From contig CAVQJC010000002.1 of NCBI GenBank assembly GCA_963712745.1, forward strand, positions 128,001 through 192,000: a DNA stretch of 64,000 nt. Reading direction: 5' to 3'. The position numbers were made by a program, and so were the translations under genes. Positions 58,484 to 64,000 of this stretch are shown here, piece after piece. Every line of letters begins with the position of its first letter. The first letter of the stretch is position 1. The notes below the pieces were generated by a model. It was not told the DNA's origin. It was given only the letters and a program-made list of their open reading frames with translations, and made no database searches. The DNA is from an uncultured Chloroflexia bacterium. Lineage in GTDB: Bacteria > Chloroflexota > Limnocylindria > Limnocylindrales > CSP1-4.

Positions 58484-58726
58484 TCAGCGCGCGGCTATGA
58501 GCCACTCGGCGATGTCGCCTGCGCTCGGCACACGACCCGCAGACTTGACCGTGCCGTCGATGACCAGCCCGGGCGTGTTGAGCACCCCGCGCGAGGCGAT
58601 GGTGGCGTCATCGGACACCTTCACGACCTCTGCCTCGACGCCTGCCATGGCCGCAGCCTCGCGGGCGTTCGACTCGAGCTTGCGGCAGTTGGCGCAGCCG
58701 TGCCCGAGCACTTCGATCCTCACCAT
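58484..58726 (-). CDS. Small redox-active thioredoxin-family protein (MTH895-like)
   Basis: VLG.GCANC, GV..TPGLVIDG....GRVP. Confidence 0.9.
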   Translation of the reverse strand: MVRIEVLGHGCANCRKLESNAREAAAMAGVEAEVVKVSDDATIASRGVLNTPGLVIDGTVKSAGRVPSAGDIAEWLIAAR

Positions 58727-58754
58727 GGATGGACTCCTTTCGATGCTCCGCGCA

Positions 58755-59804
58755 TCAAGATGCGAGCGCGTTGAACAGGAAGCCGACCGCCAGGATCCCG
58801 CTGACGACGACTCCCAGGAAGATGGCCAGCAGCGCCGGACGAGCGACGCGCCGGAGGATGACGAACTCAGGCAGGCTGATGGCGACCGTGGCCATCATGA
58901 AGGCCAGCACGGTGCCCAGGGGCAGGCCCTTGTCGAGCAGTGCCTCGACGATGGGGATGACCCCCGCGGCGCCGGCATAGAGGGGCACCGCCAGGGCGAC
59001 GACGATGGGCACCGCCAGGGGGTTGTCCGCACCACCGATGTCGACGATGACGTCGGTGGGGACATAGCCGTGGATGAAGGCGCCGACTCCGATGCCGATG
59101 ACGACCCAGGGCCACACCTTGCGTACCAGCGCACGCGTGGCGTCCCAGGCGTCCCGGACTCGTTGCTCGATAGAGAGGCGAAGATCGATCGCCTCCGCTG
59201 ATGCGCCGGCTTCACGCGCCTGTAGCACCCACGGTTCGAGGAACCGCTCCAGCGGCAACCGGCCCAGGAGGAGCCCGCCGGCGATGGCCACGGCCAGCCC
59301 CGCCACCATGTAGACGATGGCGACCTGCGGGCCGAAGAGGCCCCACAACAGCACCAGGGCGACCTCGTTCACCAACGGTGAGCTGATGAGGAAGGCCAGG
59401 GTCACGCCGACCGGGATGCCGGTCTGCAGGAAACCGATGAAGAGCGGCACGGCCGAACAGGAGCAGAACGGCGTCACCACCCCGAAGAGCGCTGCTGCCA
59501 CCGTGGCCGCGGCGACGCCGCGGCCGGCCAGAGCCGAACGGACCCGCTCGGGCGGCACGTAAGACCGCAGGAAGCTGACGAGCGTGACGATCCCGAGCAG
59601 GAGCAGCAGGACCTTGGGCACGTCGTAGAGGAAGAAGGCCACGGCCTCCCCGAGCGGGCTACCCTCCTCCAGACCGAGCAGATCGAAGGCGATCCACTGG
59701 CTGACCGGCCAGGCCGCGAACCAGGCCAACAGCCAGGCCGCGACCGCGAGCAGGGCCGCCGGCCAGAACGGGAGCTGGTGTCGGTGGAGCGCGAGCGTGC
59801 CCAT
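58755..59804 (-). CDS. ArsP/DUF318 family permease
   Basis: FFLYDVPK, TPFCSCSAVPLF, AFLISSP.VNE, GA.IHG.VP, ISLPE. Confidence 0.92.
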   Translation of the reverse strand: MGTLALHRHQLPFWPAALLAVAAWLLAWFAAWPVSQWIAFDLLGLEEGSPLGEAVAFFLYDVPKVLLLLLGIVTLVSFLRSYVPPERVRSALAGRGVAAATVAAALFGVVTPFCSCSAVPLFIGFLQTGIPVGVTLAFLISSPLVNEVALVLLWGLFGPQVAIVYMVAGLAVAIAGGLLLGRLPLERFLEPWVLQAREAGASAEAIDLRLSIEQRVRDAWDATRALVRKVWPWVVIGIGVGAFIHGYVPTDVIVDIGGADNPLAVPIVVALAVPLYAGAAGVIPIVEALLDKGLPLGTVLAFMMATVAISLPEFVILRRVARPALLAIFLGVVVSGILAVGFLFNALAS

Positions 59805-60169
59805 CAGAGGATCTTGGCCACCGCCGCGAGTGCGGAGCGGATGGCGGCCTCGTCGCGCTCGTAGTACTTCCAGCGCGCGTCGACCGCGTGACGGCTGCCC
59901 CGGACCAGACCGGCCTCGCGCAGGCGCGCGAGGTGATTGCTGAGGTTGTTCTGCTTGACATCGAGCGCAGCCGCCATCTCGCACACGCAGTGGGGGCCAT
60001 CGCGCAGGATGGCCAGGATGCCGGCCCGGACCGGCTCCGCGAGCATGGTCGCGACCGCGACCGCTTCAGCGGTGGGCGGCTGGCCGTGCTGCCGCAGGCT
60101 GGGCCGGAGCTCGAGCTCGCTGGCATCGAGCACGCCCGGATACCGCTCGACGCAGGTGCTGCAACCCAT
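59804..60169 (-). CDS. arsR: ArsR family regulator with CVCE metalloid-binding motif
   Basis: LAEP.R..IL, HCVCE, NLSNHLARLREAGLV; N-terminal MGCSTC. Confidence 0.88.
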   Translation of the reverse strand: MGCSTCVERYPGVLDASELELRPSLRQHGQPPTAEAVAVATMLAEPVRAGILAILRDGPHCVCEMAAALDVKQNNLSNHLARLREAGLVRGSRHAVDARWKYYERDEAAIRSALAAVAKIL

Positions 60170-60188
60170 GGTTTCCCCCGTTGTCCGA

Positions 60189-60225
60189 TATGTCAGCCTC
60201 GAATGTGTCATCGCCGGCTGAGATA
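60189..60225. promoter_or_regulatory. Inverted repeat upstream of arsR (putative operator)
   Basis: TATGTCAGCC ... GGCTGAGATA. Confidence 0.45.
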
Positions 60226-60297
60226 CCTCAGAGCCGGTCGGCCCCAACTCCCCGGGCCGGCCGGCACGAGGGTCCGGCGGCTGGCTATGCTGTGCCC

Positions 60298-61146
60298 ATG
60301 ACCACGATCCCGAGCGTGACGCTCAACGACGGCACCTCCATCCCGCAGCTGGGCTACGGCACCCACCTGGTGCCGCCCGAGGAGACCGCGGCTGCGGTGC
60401 AGGCGGCCCTCGAGGCCGGATACAGGCATATCGATACCGCGCAGATGTACTTCAACGAACGCGGCGTCGGGGAAGGCATCCGCGCCGCTGGGCTGAACCG
60501 CGAAGAGGTGTACGTGACGAGCAAGCTGAGCAACGCCATGCACCGGCCCGGGGACGCACGTCGCGCGATGGAAGGCACGCTGGCCGAGCTCGGCACCGAC
60601 TACGTCGACCTCTTCCTCATCCATTGGCCGCTGCCGACGCTCTACGACGGCGACTTCGTGACCACCTGGCGGACCCTCGAGGAGTTCACGCGAGAGGGTC
60701 GCGCGCGATCGGTCGGCGTCTCCAACTTCGAGATCTCGCACCTCGAGCGACTGGCTGACCACGCGGACATGCTGCCGGCGGTGAACCAGATCGAGGTCCA
60801 TCCCTACATGCCCAACGACGGGGTGCGGACGTACGACCGCCTGCAGGGCATCGCCACCCAGGCCTGGTCACCGCTGGCCAAGGGCGCGGCCCTGGTCGAT
60901 CCGGTCATCACGGGGGTCGCCGATCGCCTGGGCCGAACACCCTCACAGGTCGTGGTGCGCTGGCACATCCAGCGCGGCGACATCGTCTTTCCCAAGACCA
61001 TGAGCCCTGAGCGGATGCGCGAGAACATCGACGTCTTCGACTTCGAGCTCTCGACCGAACACCTCAAGGCCATCAGCAAGCTCGACAAAGGCGAGGCCGG
61101 ACGGATCGGTCCCCATCCCGACACCTTCGATTGGATCCCGTCGTAG
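60298..61146 (+). CDS. Aldo/keto reductase (2,5-DKG reductase-like)
   Basis: GYRHIDTAQMY.NE, TSKL, DLFLIHWP, GVSNF, NQIEVHP, WSPL. Confidence 0.95.
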   Translation: MTTIPSVTLNDGTSIPQLGYGTHLVPPEETAAAVQAALEAGYRHIDTAQMYFNERGVGEGIRAAGLNREEVYVTSKLSNAMHRPGDARRAMEGTLAELGTDYVDLFLIHWPLPTLYDGDFVTTWRTLEEFTREGRARSVGVSNFEISHLERLADHADMLPAVNQIEVHPYMPNDGVRTYDRLQGIATQAWSPLAKGAALVDPVITGVADRLGRTPSQVVVRWHIQRGDIVFPKTMSPERMRENIDVFDFELSTEHLKAISKLDKGEAGRIGPHPDTFDWIPS

Positions 61147-61174
61147 CGGCCGGCACGGCAGCGAGGCACAGACC

Positions 61175-63355
61175 ATGATCGACCCGGGTCCCGAGCTGAG
61201 CGATCCGAACCGGGCAGCGTCCCCCTCGTCCGTACCGGCCTGGCTGGGCAATCTCGCGGCCGTCGGATGGCGCCTCCTGGCCACCATCGCCTTCCTCGTC
61301 GCTCTCGCGTACCTGGGGTCGCTCATCTGGACGGTCCTGGCTGCGATCGGACTGGCCATCATCGTCTCGGTCGTGCTTGCACCGGTCATGATCCGGCTGC
61401 GCAATAGCGGACGCTCGCGGAACTCGGCCGCCGGCATCGTATGGGCGGCCACGCTGGGCGCGGGCATCCTCGTGCTGGCGGTGCTCGCGATCTCCCTCAT
61501 CCCCGCCCTGGTCGACGTGGTCGGCCAGATCCAGGACGGTCAGGCAGAGGTCGAGGCACAGATCGCGGAGCTCTCGCTGCCGGCCTGGCTGAGCGAGCTG
61601 GTGAGCGACGTCATCGGCCGAGCTGAGGGCATCAGCGGCGATGCGATCTCCTCGATGGTGGGATCCGCCGCGAACCTGGTGGGCATCCTCGTCATCGGTT
61701 CCTTCCTGCTCTTCTTCTTCCTGCGGGATGGCGACAAGGCCTGGCGCTGGCTGTTCCAGTGGCTTGACGAGGAGAAGCGGGAGCGCATCGACAGCGCCGG
61801 AGACGAGGCCCTCGAACGAGTCGGCAGCTTCGTGCGTGGCACGACCGGCCTGGCAGCCGTGGCGTCGGTGACGAACCTGCTCTTCATGCTGGTGCTGGGG
61901 ACGCCGCTGGCTGTGGCGCTCGCGATCCTCACCTTCGTGACTGCCTACATCCCCTACTTCGGCGGGCCTATCGCGGCCTACCTCATCATCCTCGCGACCT
62001 GGGGTGCTGAGGGCTCGACCATCGCCCTGGTGATGACCGGCCTGATCCTCGCGCGCTTCCTGCTGGTCCACTTCCTGCTGCGTGAGCGCGTCTACGCCCA
62101 GGCGCAGGAGCTGCACCCTGCGGTCGTCCTCATCGTGCTCCCGGTCGGACTGCAGATCGGCGGCCTGTTCGGTCTGATCCTGGCCGTGCCGCTGGCCGCG
62201 GTCGCCCTCTCGGTCGCGCAGGCGGTGGCATTCATCCTCGAACCCGAGACACCGCGGCCGCTTCCGGACCTGGTGCCGGCCTGGCTCGACGGCGCCGCCC
62301 AGTGGGCCTGGCGCGGTCTGATCGTGCTCGCCGTCGGGGCCGTGCTCGTGCTGGTCCTGACCACGATCCCGCTGGTCGTCCTGCCGGTGATCGTCGCGCT
62401 CATCCTGGCAGCCACCATCGTGCCGCTGGTCGACTATCTCGTACGGCGAGGCCAGTCACGCAACCTGGCCACGGCGGTCGCGGTCACAGGCAGCGCGGCT
62501 GCCATCATCGGTGTGCTCGCCCTGTCCCTCGGATCGCTCGCCCGGCAGGCCGACGAGATCGGCCGGACCGCCAAGACCGGGGCTGGAGATGTGGACGCGG
62601 CGGCCGGGGGCTATCTCGGACTCGGCACGGACGCCATCGAGTCGGGCGCGGATGCTGGCGTCTCCACCATCGCTGACATCGCCGGCGGCCTGGGTCCACT
62701 CGCGCTGGTGCTGGTGCTGTCGGTCCTGCTGACGTTCTACTTCCTGCGCGATGGAGCCGGCATGTGGGCCAGCCTGATGTCCCATCTTCCCGAGGAGGCC
62801 GGGAGCGAGCTCTCCGCGGCCGGATCACGCGCTTTCAGCGTGCTCGGCGGCTACATGGTGGGCACCGGCGCGATCTCCCTCGTGGGCGCCGCCAGCCAGT
62901 TGGTGATCATGTGGTTCCTGGGCCTGCCCCTGGCCTTGCCGGTCTTCGTGCTCTCGTTCTTCGGCGGATTCATCCCGTACATCGGCGGCCTGCTCACGAC
63001 CGGCCTGGCCTTCCTTATCGCGGTGGCCGTAGGCGACAACCTCGACATCGTCGTCATGGCCATCTGGACGCTGGTCTTCAACATCGTCCAGGGCAACGTC
63101 GTCGCGCCCATCGTGTACAACCGCACCACGCACATCCATCCGGCGATCGTGCTGGCGGCCATCCCCGCGGGCTCCGCCGTAGCCGGCATCCTGGGCATGT
63201 TCCTGGTGGTGCCCGTGCTGGGCGTGGTGGCCTCGACCTGGCGGTCGATCCTGCGCCTGATGGGCTCCGATGTGGGTGAGCCCGTGGTGTTCGACGACGA
63301 GGACGAGGAGCGCGCGGCGGAGGGTCCCTCCGACCCGGCCCCCGACCCTGCCTGA
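61175..63355 (+). CDS. AI-2E family transporter, tandem fusion of two units
   Basis: Two copies of W..L, FFLRDG, IPY.G, HP..VL and G..G..L.VP motifs in one 726-aa ORF. Confidence 0.88.
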   Translation: MIDPGPELSDPNRAASPSSVPAWLGNLAAVGWRLLATIAFLVALAYLGSLIWTVLAAIGLAIIVSVVLAPVMIRLRNSGRSRNSAAGIVWAATLGAGILVLAVLAISLIPALVDVVGQIQDGQAEVEAQIAELSLPAWLSELVSDVIGRAEGISGDAISSMVGSAANLVGILVIGSFLLFFFLRDGDKAWRWLFQWLDEEKRERIDSAGDEALERVGSFVRGTTGLAAVASVTNLLFMLVLGTPLAVALAILTFVTAYIPYFGGPIAAYLIILATWGAEGSTIALVMTGLILARFLLVHFLLRERVYAQAQELHPAVVLIVLPVGLQIGGLFGLILAVPLAAVALSVAQAVAFILEPETPRPLPDLVPAWLDGAAQWAWRGLIVLAVGAVLVLVLTTIPLVVLPVIVALILAATIVPLVDYLVRRGQSRNLATAVAVTGSAAAIIGVLALSLGSLARQADEIGRTAKTGAGDVDAAAGGYLGLGTDAIESGADAGVSTIADIAGGLGPLALVLVLSVLLTFYFLRDGAGMWASLMSHLPEEAGSELSAAGSRAFSVLGGYMVGTGAISLVGAASQLVIMWFLGLPLALPVFVLSFFGGFIPYIGGLLTTGLAFLIAVAVGDNLDIVVMAIWTLVFNIVQGNVVAPIVYNRTTHIHPAIVLAAIPAGSAVAGILGMFLVVPVLGVVASTWRSILRLMGSDVGEPVVFDDEDEERAAEGPSDPAPDPA

Positions 63356-63450
63356 CATGCTCTCTGCCGAACCGTTGCCATGAGAGCCCGGTTCAGGCAC
63401 CCTTGATTGGTCGAGCCAGCCCCCCGGCAAGCCAACGGAGGGGGTGTGCG

Positions 63451-64000
63451 ATGCGAGCGATCGTCCACGAGAAGTACGGGCCACTCAACGAGGTGCTCAG
63501 CGTCCAGGAGGCTGAGACCCCGACCGTAGCTGAGGGCGAGGTGCTGGTACGGGTCCAGGCTGCCTCGATCCACATCGGGGACTGCCACGGCATGCGGGGC
63601 GTGCCCTACGTCATGCGCCCGATCTTCGGCCTCCGCAAGCCCAAGGCGCGCGTGCCAGGCACGGATATGGCAGGCGTGGTGGAGCAGGTGGGGAGTGGCG
63701 TGACCACGCTCAAGCCGGGCGACGAAGTCTTCGGCTGGGGCAAGGGCGCCTTCGCCGAACTGGCACTCGCGCCGGAGGACCAGCTCCTGCCAAAGCCGGC
63801 AGACCTCACCTTCGAACAGGCGGCGGCCCTGGGTGTCTCGGCCATCACCGGCCTCGTGGCCATCCGCGACGAGGGCAAGGTGCAGGCGGGGCAGAAGGTA
63901 CTCGTCAACGGAGCATCCGGCGGCGTAGGCACCTTCGCGGTGCAGGTAGCCAAGGCCCTGGGCGCCGAGGTGACCGGCGTGTGCAGCGGCCGCAACGCCG
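63451..64000 (+). CDS. NAD(P)-dependent MDR oxidoreductase (quinone-reductase-like), truncated by window edge
   Basis: MRAIVHEKYG, EVLVRVQAAS, PGTDMAGVV, GAFAE, VLVNGASGGVGTFAVQ.AK. Confidence 0.9.
   Translation, partial: MRAIVHEKYGPLNEVLSVQEAETPTVAEGEVLVRVQAASIHIGDCHGMRGVPYVMRPIFGLRKPKARVPGTDMAGVVEQVGSGVTTLKPGDEVFGWGKGAFAELALAPEDQLLPKPADLTFEQAAALGVSAITGLVAIRDEGKVQAGQKVLVNGASGGVGTFAVQVAKALGAEVTGVCSGRNA

Noticed and set aside
1-64000. rRNA, tRNA, tmRNA, transposase or integrase genes
   Set aside because: None recognised by eye; a covariance-model scan was not possible

Overview
GC-rich bacterial DNA. The gene content and style suggest Chloroflexota (possibly Limnocylindria-like), but this is inference only. 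It looks like a long-read assembly with uncorrected indels: many genes are split by 1-nt frameshifts, often at GATC. Contents in order: coaBC(3' end)-panB-panC-nitrilase; housekeeping singletons; two tandem basic secreted paralogs; a glutamate dehydrogenase; and a complete shikimate + trpEG operon (12.4-21.3 kb). That operon is preceded by an unannotated 8-aa leader peptide MHQYWYFS and a terminator, a candidate attenuator sensing all three aromatic amino acids. Next is a ~14.5-kb IclR-associated catabolic cluster for an unknown organic acid (TRAP transporter, class III CoA-transferase, citryl-CoA-lyase-like protein, ThDP enzyme, acylating aldehyde dehydrogenase, PTE-like lactonase, dehydrogenases, cupin) with paired operator boxes at four promoters. 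After it come a Phd antitoxin remnant, meaB/B12-binding gene, folE, tatA, arsR-trxA, a LacI-controlled L-arabinose locus with a composite tandem repeat, a J-domain protein and ligC, a membrane protein with a Q/Y-rich prion-like domain, arsR-arsP-thioredoxin, an aldo/keto reductase and a tandem-fused AI-2E transporter. No rRNA, tRNA, CRISPR array or transposase was recognised. All assignments come from reading motifs by eye; no database searches were run.
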